64,000 nt of DNA, from assembly GCA_963555825.3 (NCBI GenBank), contig CAUVXB020000002.1:3264001-3328000 (forward strand). The letters run 5' to 3'. Origin of the DNA: Alphaproteobacteria bacterium. Its GTDB lineage: Bacteria; Pseudomonadota; Alphaproteobacteria; JAAXGF01. Shown here in pieces: positions 39,930 through 50,693 of this stretch. The stretch's first letter is position 1, and each line of letters begins with the position of its first letter. Made by a program: the position numbers and the translations under genes. The notes beneath the pieces were generated by a model. The model saw only the letters and a list, made by a program, of their open reading frames with translations, was not told the DNA's origin and ran no database searches.

Positions 39930-40253
39930 TTCGATTAAGCCAATTCTGTGTCCAAGGAAATCGGGTCCGACTCACCAAACTGTCCAACAAAGTGGGACCA
40001 CCTCACTGTCGGTCTGTAGCACGTGACCAGCGGTCCACAAAAAAATCTGTGTCTAGCTTCCTTAAAATATCCGCGTTAACAACAGACATCGCCTCCCCTT
40101 TGTCGTGCTGACTCAGCCAAACATCAAAGTATTCTCTGCAGATAAATTGAATGAAGTATGGATATCCCCCGGACATCTGGCTAAGGAGATGTGAGGTGGT
40201 CCCACTTTGTTGGACAGTTTGGCAGCGCGGTTAAGGTGTATTCCGTTGTTTGA

Positions 40254-41183
40254 TCATGCTGCCAAAATCCTTTTTATCACATCCTGTTGCTGTTGTTGAG
40301 CCTGTGGGGATGTGGGCAAGGCGCGAGCCTTGTCCATCATATCCACAGGTTGACCGGCCCCGTAGGCCTCGGCCGGCGTTTGACCGTCGAGGGACGAATG
40401 GGGCCGCTCGGTGTTGTAGAAGCCGATCCACTCGCCGATGACCCGTTCGGCGTGGAAGCCGTCGGTGAGCTCGTGTAGGTAGACCGCCTCATACTTGAGA
40501 GACCGCCACAGGCGCTCGATGAAGATGTTGTCCATGCAGCGGCCCCGACCGTCCATGGAGATGCGGATGCTCGCGTTCTTGAGCACGCCGGTGAAGTCGA
40601 GGCTGGTGAACTGGCTGCCCTGATCCGTATTGAATATCTCCGGCTGGCCGTAGCGGGCCAGCGCGTCGCCCAAGGCCTCGGCGCAGAATCCAGCGTCCAT
40701 GGTGTTCGACAGCCGCCAGGATAAAACGTGGCGCGTCGCCCAGTCCATGATCGCTACCAGGTACAGAAAGCCACGCTGGACGGGGATATAGGTGATGTCG
40801 GCGCACCAGACCCGATTGGGCTGGTCGATAGCCATCCCTTTGAGAAGATAAGGATAAATCCGGTGCATGGGATGCGGCACGCTGGTTCTCGGCGCCTGAT
40901 AGATCGCCTCCAGGCCTATCAATCGCATCAACCTGCGAACCCGGTGACGGCCGACGCAAACGCCGTCCCGCCGCAACTGGCGGACCATCTGGCGGCTGCC
41001 GTAGAACGGGTACTTCATGAACAACTCGTCGATCCGACGCATCAGCGCCAGACTCGAAGGGCTCTCCCCCCTGGGCGCATAATAGAACGAGGACCGGCCG
41101 ATCGAAAGCAGGCGGCATTGACGGCTCAAGCTCAGCTCGGGGGCGTCGCGTGTGATCATCGCCTTGCGCTCCCCCCGGCTCAT
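40254..41183 (-). CDS. IS3 OrfB transposase
   Basis: Same protein as 37580-38509. Confidence 0.95.
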   Translation of the reverse strand: MSRGERKAMITRDAPELSLSRQCRLLSIGRSSFYYAPRGESPSSLALMRRIDELFMKYPFYGSRQMVRQLRRDGVCVGRHRVRRLMRLIGLEAIYQAPRTSVPHPMHRIYPYLLKGMAIDQPNRVWCADITYIPVQRGFLYLVAIMDWATRHVLSWRLSNTMDAGFCAEALGDALARYGQPEIFNTDQGSQFTSLDFTGVLKNASIRISMDGRGRCMDNIFIERLWRSLKYEAVYLHELTDGFHAERVIGEWIGFYNTERPHSSLDGQTPAEAYGAGQPVDMMDKARALPTSPQAQQQQQDVIKRILAA

Positions 41184-41461
41184 CGCTTGAGCCCTCTGGC
41201 TAAAAAATCCCGTTCCACCGTCAGCTCGCCGATCTTGGCGTGAAGGTCGCGGACCTCGGATTCATGATCCCGGCAAGCGCGGTTGGCGCCGTTCGAAAAC
41301 ACTTCGCCCAGACCGTCCACCGCCTGGCGCTTCCAGGCGCTCACCTGGTTCGGATGCACCTTGTGCTTGGCCGCGATCTGCTGGATCGTCTTGTCGCCCC
41401 GCAGCGCTTCCAGCGCCACCCGGGCCTTGAATTCCGCCGTAAACCGGCGTCGATTCGTCAT
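41180..41461 (-). CDS. IS3 OrfA
   Basis: Same protein as 37302-37583. Confidence 0.92.
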   Translation of the reverse strand: MTNRRRFTAEFKARVALEALRGDKTIQQIAAKHKVHPNQVSAWKRQAVDGLGEVFSNGANRACRDHESEVRDLHAKIGELTVERDFLARGLKR

Positions 41462-41622
41462 CTCGTATTCCTCCGTTATCCGGTGGAATACACCTTAGCT
41501 CCCTGTCCGATTTTCTGGGACCACCTCAATGTCCCGGTCGATGTTGAAAAGTTGAGGTAGGTGTCGCTCTCCTGGAGCCGTTAGGCTCCGGGTGCTGCAA
41601 ACCCAAGAGGGAGAACGACACC

Positions 41623-42537
41623 ATGGGAAAGGATATCCGTAGTTCCAGTAGCCCGAAAGCCCTTGCCACCTCGTTTCCTATGCCGCCGCTGGCAGACGCG
41701 ATGGACGCAGTCCGTCTCAGCGTGGATCGGTTCTGTCTCCTGGCCGGGGTCGAGGCCTTGGCCGAGATGATGGAGGAGGACGCCACGACCGTGTGCGGGG
41801 CCCGACATCGTCGCCATGGGAACCGTCGGGGTTATCGCTGGGGCCATACGCAGAGCGAGATCGGCTACCACGGCGGCCGCGTGAAAGTGCAGCGGCCACG
41901 GGTTCGCGACCATGCTGGCAAGGAGGTGGGTTTGGAGAGCTGGCAGGTGCTGCGCGACGGCAACCTGTTGCTCGAGTGGGCGCTCAACCTGATGGTCCTG
42001 AACGTGTCGACCCGCAAGTACCACCGCGCGGTCCGTCTGCCCGAGGGCGACCTGGCGAAAGCGCGTGGCGACGGCACTTCGAAGTCGGCCGTTTCCCGGC
42101 GCTTTGTGGCGCTGTCGCGCAAGAAGATGAAGGCCTGGCTCGCCTCGGACCTCTCGGAGCTCGACCTGCTGGTCATCCAGATCGACGGTCTGCATGTCGG
42201 CGACCATGTCTTGGTGGCGGCGATCGGCGTCGATGGCAACGGCGACAAGCATGTCCTGGCCGTGGTCGAGGGGGCGACGGAGAACACTGTCGTCGTCCAG
42301 GCCTTGCTCGACAATCTCCTCGCCAGGGGGCTCGATCCGACGCTGCCCCGGCTGTTCATCGTCGATGGCGCGAAGGCGCTCAGCAAAGCGATCCGCAACA
42401 CCTTCGGTGTGGCCGCCGCCATCCAGCGCTGCCAGGTCCACAAGGGCCGTAACATCATCGAGCGCCTGCCCCTGCATTTGCATGCGAGCGTCAAGAAGGC
42501 GCTCCGTCAGGCCTGGGACCAGGACGACGCAGACAAG
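41623..42537 (+). pseudogene. IS256-family transposase, 3'-truncated by IS21
   Basis: VSTRKY, SKSAVSRRF, QIDG, IVDGAKAL, QRCQVHK; the TNxIES region is missing. Confidence 0.9.
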
Positions 42538-42577
42538 TGTCAATGGCGGAGCAAAAAGGGACCACCTCGGCGGTGTA

Positions 42578-43753
42578 ATACCAGTGAGCGCCTGAATTGA
42601 CTCTCGGGATATTCATTGATGGCGGATGATGGCGGATTGTGATTCTATGGTCTCCCACCAGATGTGGGGGATGTCATGGGATCAGCACTCAAGATACGGG
42701 ATGATTTGACGCCTTTGGAGCTTCGGCGCTGGGCTCGCGTGGAATCGTACGGTCGAGCGGCGGCGCGGGCCTATGGGATCGCGAATGCTTTGGAGGAGAT
42801 GCCCCGGGCTGATGCCGCGCGGCTTGCGGGGATGGATCGCCAAACGCTTCGCGACGCGGTTGTTCGTTACAATGCAAAGGGATTGGAGGGGCTTCACGAC
42901 CGTCCAAAGGGCTACTCGCCGCGGCGGCTGACGGCAGACGAGGAAGCGGCGCTGGCGGCGGTCATCATCGCCGGGCCGGAGCCTGAGCGCGACGGGGTTT
43001 GCGCCTGGACCCGGGCCGATCTGTGCCGCTGGCTGGAGGAGCGCTTCGCCAAGACCTACCACCCCTCGAGCATGACCCGGGTTCTACGGCGGATGGGATT
43101 TTCCCGCCAGAAGGCGCGCCCGAGCCACCCGCGAAGGGACGCCGAAGCGCAGGAGCGCTTCAAAAAAGGGGGCTTCGCGACATCCTGAAGGCGACCGCCG
43201 CGGCGCATCCCGACAAGCGCCTACAGCTGTGGTTTCAGGATGAAGCGCGCGTCGGCAACAAGGGCCGGGTGTGTCACCGGTGGTGGCGCAGGGGCGAGCG
43301 TGCCCCCGGGACGCGTCAAATCGGCTACCAGTGGGCCTACATCTTCTCCGCCGTGCGCCCGGACACCGGCGACGACGTCACCCTGGTGATGCCGAGCGTC
43401 AACGCCAAGGTCATGGACCTGTTTCTCGCACACTTCGCCGATACCCTGGACCAGGATGCGCACGCCGTCATGATGTGCGACGGCGCCGGTTGGCACGACG
43501 AGCGCGCCCTCACCGTCCCCGACAACGTCACCTTGGCGCTGTTGCCGCCTTACAGTCCCGAACTCAACCCCGTCGAGCGGGTTTGGCTCTACCTACGCGA
43601 ACGCTTCCTATCGCTCCGCGGCCTCGACGACACCGAGGCCATCATCGACGCCTGTTGCCAAGCATGGATCGACCTCATCGCAGAACCGGATCGTATGCGA
43701 ACCCTCTGCGCCTATCCATGGATCATGAAAATGATTTCATAGGCTCACTGATA
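42578..43753 (+). mobile_element. IS630-family element, complete (ORFs 42676-43188 and -1 frame to 43742)
   Basis: TA duplication; CAGTGAGC IR; AAAAAAG slip site; WFQDEARVG, DGAGWH, YSPELNPVE. Confidence 0.92.
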
Positions 43754-43906
43754 TAAGAAGGGACCGCTTGGCGGCTGCGGGCTTGTCCCCGTAGTCCACG
43801 GGAGGGCCCCGCGCGCGACGCGGCGTGCCCTCAACAGGCTGACGCGGCGGCGCGCGCGGGAGGGACCTGTGGGCCCACGGGGTCAAGCGTGGGCTGGGTG
43901 GTCGGT

Positions 43907-44671
43907 TCAGTTAGCAGTCGGGGTTTGACGCCTGCGGCTCTGGTTGAGCCTGTAGCTGTCACCGTTCATCTCGAGGATGTTGACGTGGTGGGTGAGGCGA
44001 TCGAGGAGCGCGCCGGTGAGGCGCTCGGAGCCGAACACCTCGGTCCATTCGTCGAAGGGCAGATTGGTGGTGACCAGGGTCGAGCCCCGCTCGTAGCGTT
44101 GGCTGAACACCTCGAACAACAGCTCGGCGCCGGTCTTCGACAGCGGCACGAAGCCGAGTTCGTCGACGATCAGAAGCTTGTAGGTGGCGAGCTTCTTCTG
44201 GAACCTCAGCAGCTGCTTGTCATCGCGGGCCTCGATGAGTTCGTGGACCAGCGCGGCGGCGGTGATGAAGCCGACCGAGAGGCCCTTCTGGCAGGCCGCC
44301 AGGCCGAGACCGAGGGCGATGTGGGTCTTGCCGGTCCCACTGTTGCCGAGCGCGATGAGGTTCTCGCGGCGCTCGATGTACTCGCAGCGGGCCAGCTCCA
44401 GGACCAGCGCCTTGTTGAGCGAGGGGATGACCTTGAAGTCGAAGCTGTCGAGGCTCTTGACCACGGGGAAGCGCGCCGCCTTGATGCGCCGCTCGACCAT
44501 GCGGCGCTCGCGGTCGATCAGCTCGAGCTCGGCGAGTCTCAACAGGTAGCGGACGTGATCGACGCCTTCCGAGGCGCACTGCCGGGCGATCTTGTCGTAC
44601 TCGCGCAGGAAGGTCGGCAGCTTCAGCGTCTTGAGGTGGTGGGCGAGCAGCACTTGCGGTGTGTCGGTCAT
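43907..44671 (-). CDS. istB: IS21 helper ATPase IstB
   Basis: Same protein as 7422-8186. Confidence 0.95.
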   Translation of the reverse strand: MTDTPQVLLAHHLKTLKLPTFLREYDKIARQCASEGVDHVRYLLRLAELELIDRERRMVERRIKAARFPVVKSLDSFDFKVIPSLNKALVLELARCEYIERRENLIALGNSGTGKTHIALGLGLAACQKGLSVGFITAAALVHELIEARDDKQLLRFQKKLATYKLLIVDELGFVPLSKTGAELLFEVFSQRYERGSTLVTTNLPFDEWTEVFGSERLTGALLDRLTHHVNILEMNGDSYRLNQSRRRQTPTAN

Positions 44672-45844
44672 GCGCCGAGCCCCGACAGCAGGCTCATGTA
44701 CGACTTGGCGGACGTCATCGCGACCCGGGCGCGCGGCAGATACGGATAGACGTCGAGGTTGAGCCTGGGCGGCCGCCGCTCGATGCGGCACAGTACCAGG
44801 TGCTTCACCGCATCAAAGCCGATTGCGCCGAGCCGCAGGGCGTCGCCGACCGCACCCTCGACCTCCTCGAGCCGGAAGGTCTCCAGTAGACGGAGCACCT
44901 GGACGTACTCGCGCTTGCCTGCCTTGCCCATACGAGCTTCGAGGAGCCGCCGCAGAGTGATGAAGGCCTCGGGCAGGTCCCAGCCCGCCAATGGCGCGGC
45001 CTGGTCGAGGGCGCCGATCTTCTGCTCGATCAAGGGCAGGTAATGCAGCGGGTCGAAGATCAGGTCCTCGCTGTCGTAGGACCGGCGGTGCCGGGCGATC
45101 ACCTCGGCCCCGCAGCTGATCACCACCTCATCGACGTAGCCCCGGATGAGCACCTCACGGTGGCCGTAGGCCACGGGCACGGAATAGTCGTTGCTGCGGT
45201 AACGCACCAGCGACAGCGAACTCGCCCGTCCAGGGCGCTTATCGCAGGCATCATAGGGAGCAGGCGGCAATGGCAAGAGAACTTGACGATCCCGCTCGAG
45301 ACGCTCGCCGATGGTCTCCTTGTGGCCCCGCAGCCGCGCCGCCTGGCGCCGGCGGCACTGTTCGGCGAGAGCATCGTTGAGGGCCGCGAAGCTCTCGGCA
45401 CGCGGGACGGGGACCAGGAAGTTCCGCCGGATGAAGCCGACCAGTCCCTCGACCTTGCCCTTGTCGTTGCCCTTGCCCGGCCGGCCGAACCTGTCCTCGA
45501 ACAGATAGTGGGACTGAAGCTCCGTGAAGACGCGCGTTCGCTGCCGCTTCCCATCGCCCAGGATCCGGGCAACCGCCAGCTTGGTGTTGTCGTACAGGAT
45601 GGATCGGGGGACGCCGCCGAAGAAGGCAAACGCCGCGTTGTGGCCATCGCAGAATGCTTCGGTCGTCTCCGCCGGATAGGCCGCAACAAAGCAACCATCA
45701 CTGTGGGGAAGGTCGAAGGCAAGGAAGTGGATCTTCCGTAACGCGCCGCCGATCACCGCCATCGCTTCGCCGAAGTCTGAGGTGGTCCCAGAAAATCGGA
45801 CAGGGAGCTAAGGTGTATTCCACCGGATAACGGAGGAATACGAG

Positions 45845-46126
45845 ATGACGAATCGACGCCGGTTTACGGCGGAATTCAAGGCCCGGGTGGCGCTGGAAGC
45901 GCTGCGGGGCGACAAGACGATCCAGCAGATCGCGGCCAAGCACAAGGTGCATCCGAACCAGGTGAGCGCCTGGAAGCGCCAGGCGGTGGACGGTCTGGGC
46001 GAAGTGTTTTCGAACGGCGCCAACCGCGCTTGCCGGGATCATGAATCCGAGGTCCGCGACCTTCACGCCAAGATCGGCGAGCTGACGGTGGAACGGGATT
46101 TTTTAGCCAGAGGGCTCAAGCGATGA
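45845..46126 (+). CDS. IS3 OrfA
   Basis: Same protein as 37302-37583. Confidence 0.92.
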   Translation: MTNRRRFTAEFKARVALEALRGDKTIQQIAAKHKVHPNQVSAWKRQAVDGLGEVFSNGANRACRDHESEVRDLHAKIGELTVERDFLARGLKR

Positions 46127-47052
46127 GCCGGGGGGAGCGCAAGGCGATGATCACACGCGACGCCCCCGAGCTGAGCTTGAGCCGTCAATGCCGCCTGCTT
46201 TCGATCGGCCGGTCCTCGTTCTATTATGCGCCCAGGGGGGAGAGCCCTTCGAGTCTGGCGCTGATGCGTCGGATCGACGAGTTGTTCATGAAGTACCCGT
46301 TCTACGGCAGCCGCCAGATGGTCCGCCAGTTGCGGCGGGACGGCGTTTGCGTCGGCCGTCACCGGGTTCGCAGGTTGATGCGATTGATAGGCCTGGAGGC
46401 GATCTATCAGGCGCCGAGAACCAGCGTGCCGCATCCCATGCACCGGATTTATCCTTATCTTCTCAAAGGGATGGCTATCGACCAGCCCAATCGGGTCTGG
46501 TGCGCCGACATCACCTATATCCCCGTCCAGCGTGGCTTTCTGTACCTGGTAGCGATCATGGACTGGGCGACGCGCCACGTTTTATCCTGGCGGCTGTCGA
46601 ACACCATGGACGCTGGATTCTGCGCCGAGGCCTTGGGCGACGCGCTGGCCCGCTACGGCCAGCCGGAGATATTCAATACGGATCAGGGCAGCCAGTTCAC
46701 CAGCCTCGACTTCACCGGCGTGCTCAAGAACGCGAGCATCCGCATCTCCATGGACGGTCGGGGCCGCTGCATGGACAACATCTTCATCGAGCGCCTGTGG
46801 CGGTCTCTCAAGTATGAGGCGGTCTACCTACACGAGCTCACCGACGGCTTCCACGCCGAACGGGTCATCGGCGAGTGGATCGGCTTCTACAACACCGAGC
46901 GGCCCCATTCGTCCCTCGACGGTCAAACGCCGGCCGAGGCCTACGGGGCCGGTCAACCTGTGGATATGATGGACAAGGCTCGCGCCTTGCCCACATCCCC
47001 ACAGGCTCAACAACAGCAACAGGATGTGATAAAAAGGATTTTGGCAGCATGA
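46123..47052 (+). CDS. IS3 OrfB transposase
   Basis: Same protein as 37580-38509. Confidence 0.95.
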   Translation: MSRGERKAMITRDAPELSLSRQCRLLSIGRSSFYYAPRGESPSSLALMRRIDELFMKYPFYGSRQMVRQLRRDGVCVGRHRVRRLMRLIGLEAIYQAPRTSVPHPMHRIYPYLLKGMAIDQPNRVWCADITYIPVQRGFLYLVAIMDWATRHVLSWRLSNTMDAGFCAEALGDALARYGQPEIFNTDQGSQFTSLDFTGVLKNASIRISMDGRGRCMDNIFIERLWRSLKYEAVYLHELTDGFHAERVIGEWIGFYNTERPHSSLDGQTPAEAYGAGQPVDMMDKARALPTSPQAQQQQQDVIKRILAA

Positions 47053-47725
47053 TCAAACAACGGAATACACCTTAACCGCGCTGCCAAACTGTCCAACAAA
47101 GTGGGACCACCTCAGTCCGCCTGGGCGTGACCGGGGGAATGGGAGAGTGGCACGAACACCTCACGCGACCGAAGCCCCTGCTCACGAACGTAGTCCTTCA
47201 CGATGGTGTAGCCGCCCGTGAAACCGTACTCGTCCCGGAGGCGGTCGAAGATGCGCTTCGCAGTGTGCCGTTGCTTGCGGTGGCTGGTCCGATCGTCTTC
47301 CAAGATCCGATCGATGATTCCCGTGAACGGACCCAGCTTTGGCCGCCTCGGCGGCGCGCTTCGGCGATACCCTGGCGGCACCGAGAACGACAGCATCTTA
47401 CGGACCGTCTTGCGGTCTACACCAAACACCCGCGAGGCCTCGCGGGTGCTCATCCCCTCGACATGACACGCCCGCCGAACCCGTGCGTACAACTCCACCC
47501 GATACATCCCCCCCGCCTTCCAGTCAGAGCAACCCTGACAGAAGGCTATACGCGGTCCCATTTTGGTCCGCCGCAGCCGGATCGACCGGCCGCTTCAGTG
47601 GGGGATTATTGCTCTGCCGTTCTCAATCGGACCAGCGATCAAACAATTCCCCAGTCCGTCGGTCGCGTAAAGTAAACATACACCATCATAAGGACCTCGA
47701 CTCCCATGTGGAATCGACTTTTTAC

Positions 47726-48523
47726 CGCCCCGTCAACTTTCGGGTATAGCTCGGTGGCGAGTAGCTTCCTGTTATGAACAAGATCAGCTACCGCCGACAT
47801 CGGTTTCCTGCAGAGATAATCCAGCGCGCCGTCTGGCTGTGTTTCCGGTTTCCGCTCAGTTACCGCGATGTGGAGGATCTGCTCGCTGAACGTGGTGTCG
47901 ATGTTTCTTACGAGACGATACGGCGCTGGGCTTTAAAGTTTGGGCAGGCCTATGCCCGAAAACTGAGACAATCACGCCCTCGACCAGACGACCGGTGGCA
48001 CCTTGATGAGGTGTTTTCCTCCATCAACGGAAAACGGATGTATCTATGGCGGGCGGTGGACAGCGAGGGTGAGGTGCTGGATATCCTGGTTCAGTCCCGG
48101 AGGAACAAGAAAGCAGCACTCAAGCTGATGCGCAAACTGCTCAAGAAGCAGGGGTATGCGCCGAATAAGGTGGTGACCGATAAACTGCCATCTTACGGGG
48201 CAGCATTGCGTGATCTCAACATGACGGGGAAACACGTTACCGGCGGACGGAGCAACAATCGGGCGGAGAATTCGCACCTGCCGGTTCGACAACGAGAACG
48301 CAGGATGCAGGGCTTCAAGTCATCAGGATCGGCGCAAAGGTTTCTCTCCACCCACGCCGCCATCTACAACACCTTCAATGTCCAACGTCATCTGATCACT
48401 CGCAAGACAATGAGCCAATTCCGCGGTGACGCGATGAACACGTGGCGGACCGTGACCGCTGCTGCTTGAGCCGCTCAGTTCAGACGTTCAACTGCGACCT
48501 GCCTTCGTTAAGTTGACAACACC
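47726..48523 (+). mobile_element. IS6-family element
   Basis: GTCAACTT core in both IRs; no TSD. Confidence 0.85.
47774..48469 (+). CDS. IS6-family transposase
   Basis: YRRHRFP, WHLDEV, YLWRAVD, VTDKLPSY, NNRAENSH. Confidence 0.95.
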   Translation: MNKISYRRHRFPAEIIQRAVWLCFRFPLSYRDVEDLLAERGVDVSYETIRRWALKFGQAYARKLRQSRPRPDDRWHLDEVFSSINGKRMYLWRAVDSEGEVLDILVQSRRNKKAALKLMRKLLKKQGYAPNKVVTDKLPSYGAALRDLNMTGKHVTGGRSNNRAENSHLPVRQRERRMQGFKSSGSAQRFLSTHAAIYNTFNVQRHLITRKTMSQFRGDAMNTWRTVTAAA

Positions 48524-48627
48524 CAGACGAGGCTCTCTGGAACCGCGGTCCTTATCCGACCGTCGACCGGAGCCGTCTCTCTGAACAAACAAGAACATAA
48601 CACTGACCAAAGGGAGGCCGAACATCA

Positions 48628-48932
48628 TGAGCTTTCACAAAACTCCTGGGGCGTAATCGCCGCCGGTCTGTTCGTTGCCTCGAACGCGGTGGCGGGGACG
48701 GAGCTCACCGTCTACACCGCCGTCGAGGCCGAGGATCTCAAGCGCTACGCCGAGACCTTCAGCCAGGATCACCCGGACATCACCATCAACTGGGTGCGTG
48801 ACTCGACCGGCATCGTCACCGCCAAGCTGCTGGCGGAGAAGAACAACCCGCAGGCCGATGTGGCCTGGGGCGTGGCCGGCACTTCGCTGTTGCTGCTCAA
48901 GGCCGAGGGCATGCTGGAGCCCTACGCGCCGA
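48628..48932 (+). pseudogene. 5' fragment of a 2-aminoethylphosphonate-type ABC substrate-binding protein
   Basis: GGAGG RBS; frameshifted signal peptide; ELTVYTAVEAEDL...WVRDSTGIVTAKLLAEKNNPQAD...LEPYAP. Confidence 0.8.
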
Positions 48933-50682
48933 CGGTTTCGGCGACGGTTTCGCGCCGGCGCCAGGCTTGGCTGCGGCGCTGCACGCCGCGCGTCACCAGG
49001 CCGTGGAGAATGCGCACGCCGGCCGAGGTATAGACGATCATCATCGCCATCGCCGCCGCCGCGGCGATATCGCCCTGATCGTCCATGTTCAAGACGGCGA
49101 CCGCAGCGAGATGCGTCTCCGGCCCCCACAGGAACACGACCGCCGAGACCGTCGTCATGGCGTTGACGAACAGATAGATCGAGATGTCGAGGATCGCCGG
49201 CAGGCAAACCGGGAATGTGACCCGCGCGAAGGTCTTGTAGAACGGCACCTTGAGCGAGGCCGAGACCGCCTCGAACTCGGCATCCATCTGCTTGAGCGCG
49301 GTCATCGCCGTCAGATGCGGCACCGTGTAGTAGTGCACGATGGTGCAGATCACCAGGATGCCCATCGTCGCGTAGAGGAAGCTGAACGGGTTGGCGAGCT
49401 CGATGCCGGTCAGCGGGATGGTGAAGGTCGTCGGGTTGAAGAAGAAGATGTAGGCGAGACCGAGCACCATGCCGGGCACGGCGAGCGGGACGATGGCGAT
49501 GAACTGCAGCACCGAGCGGAACCTGGTGTAGCGCCGCGACTTTTCGATGAAGTAGGCGCCCGTGAAGATGATCAAGGTGCCGAGCACCGCCACCCACACC
49601 GCCATGATGAGGCTGTTCTGGTAGGCCGCCCAGCCGCCGCCGTCCATCAGGTCGAACTGGTAGTTGGCGAGCGTGAGGCTGAGGTTGTAGGGCCAGAACG
49701 TGATGAACGACGCATAGGCCGACACCGCCAGGACGCCGATCAGGATGAACGTGATGACCAGGCAGTAGGCCAGCATGATGAGGTCGAAGCGCCGGTTCGG
49801 CTTGGGCTCGAGCGGCACCGACTGCGCCGAGATCTGCGCCACCTGGCGGCGCTGCACCAGGCGTTGGGCGATGAAGCTGAGGATGACCGGGAACAGCAGG
49901 ACGACGCTGACCACGGCGCCCATCTGGAAGTTCCACTGGCCGACCACCTGCTTGTAGATATCGACCGAGAGTACGTTGTACCAGCCGCCGATCACCTTGG
50001 GCGCGCCGAAGTCGGTGATCCCGTAAGTGAAGGCGACGAAGCAGGCGCTCATCACGCCGTATTTGGCGCCTGGCAGGGTGACCGTGAAGAAGATGCGCAG
50101 CTTGCTCGTGCGCAGCGCGACCGCCACCTCGTAGAGCCGCGCGTCGGCGGTCGACAGCGCCGTTGTCAGGATCATCACGGTGTGCGGGAAGATCCAGAAC
50201 GACAGCGCGGTGACGATGCCGATCGGCCCGTAGATCGAGTAGCCGCCCAGCACCTCCTTGATCATGCCCTGGTTGCCGAATAGGTAAACCAGCGAGATCG
50301 CCGGCAGCAGCGACGGTGCCAGGATGGGGATCATCGCGACGCCGCGGAAGAACCCCTTGAACGGCATGCAGCTGCGGGTCAGCGCGTAAGCGTAGATGAA
50401 AGCGAGCGTGACGGTGATCACCATGGTCAACACGCCGATCGTGATGGTGTGCTGCGCCGAGGTCACCAGCGCCGGCGTGCCGAAGTATTCGACGTAGTTG
50501 GCGAATCCGACGAAGTGCCCGTCGGCGTCCTCGAAGCTCTTCGAAAGCATCGCGTAAAGCGGCAGGAACACCGCCCCGGCGAGCACGAGCGCCAGGACGA
50601 CGAGGCCGGCGCCCTGGATCAGGTCGTCACGGCTGAGCCTGGGACGAAGCGGCGCGGCGCGGGCGACGGCGATCTCGGCCAC
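48922..50682 (-). CDS. Putative 2-aminoethylphosphonate ABC transporter permease (fused PhnU2-type)
   Basis: Two EAA-loop halves; ITDFGAPKVIGG, FVNAMTTVSAVVFL; AGGAGG RBS before the GTG. Confidence 0.88.
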   Translation of the reverse strand: MAEIAVARAAPLRPRLSRDDLIQGAGLVVLALVLAGAVFLPLYAMLSKSFEDADGHFVGFANYVEYFGTPALVTSAQHTITIGVLTMVITVTLAFIYAYALTRSCMPFKGFFRGVAMIPILAPSLLPAISLVYLFGNQGMIKEVLGGYSIYGPIGIVTALSFWIFPHTVMILTTALSTADARLYEVAVALRTSKLRIFFTVTLPGAKYGVMSACFVAFTYGITDFGAPKVIGGWYNVLSVDIYKQVVGQWNFQMGAVVSVVLLFPVILSFIAQRLVQRRQVAQISAQSVPLEPKPNRRFDLIMLAYCLVITFILIGVLAVSAYASFITFWPYNLSLTLANYQFDLMDGGGWAAYQNSLIMAVWVAVLGTLIIFTGAYFIEKSRRYTRFRSVLQFIAIVPLAVPGMVLGLAYIFFFNPTTFTIPLTGIELANPFSFLYATMGILVICTIVHYYTVPHLTAMTALKQMDAEFEAVSASLKVPFYKTFARVTFPVCLPAILDISIYLFVNAMTTVSAVVFLWGPETHLAAVAVLNMDDQGDIAAAAAMAMMIVYTSAGVRILHGLVTRGVQRRSQAWRRRETVAETVGA

Positions 50683-50693
50683 GGTTCGCCTCC

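Larger units (their letters stand above)
38555..39974 (-). mobile_element. Two-ORF IS3-like element with 14-bp TSD (copy 1)
   Basis: TGAGTCGGACCCG / TGTATCGCACCCG ends; TSD CCAAACTGTCCAAC. Confidence 0.92.
37235..40005 (+). mobile_element. IS3-family element copy 1 with a nested insertion in its right end
   Basis: TGAGGTGGTCCC IRs; 4-bp TSD CTGT. Confidence 0.95.
36976..40185 (-). pseudogene. C-terminal part of an ATPase-wHTH protein, split by IS3 and 5'-deleted
   Basis: 40185-40010 joins 37234-36976 in frame: SGGYPYFIQFIC...DFFVDRWSRATDRQRELM...GLVYKNRYGKYLFAVPL. Confidence 0.65.
40192..41528 (-). mobile_element. IS3-family element copy 2
   Basis: Same ends and ORFs as copy 1; 3-bp TSD ATG. 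Confidence 0.95.
45778..47114 (+). mobile_element. IS3-family element copy 3
   Basis: Same ends and ORFs as copies 1 and 2; 3-bp TSD GTC. Confidence 0.95.
44668..47507 (-). pseudogene. istA: IstA interrupted by IS3
   Basis: AQAD|FGE split at the GTC duplication. Confidence 0.92.
42538..47625 (-). mobile_element. IS21 copy B with nested IS630 and IS3
   Basis: Same ends as copy A; istA split into 47507-47115 and 45777-44668. Confidence 0.92.

Noticed and set aside
37235-41528. Composite transposon formed by the inverted IS3 copies
   Set aside because: Each copy has its own TSD (CTGT and ATG), so they are independent insertions
48583-48596. Second LexA box (GAAC...GAAC)
   Set aside because: Spacer is 6 nt rather than 7, and the downstream gene is not SOS-related
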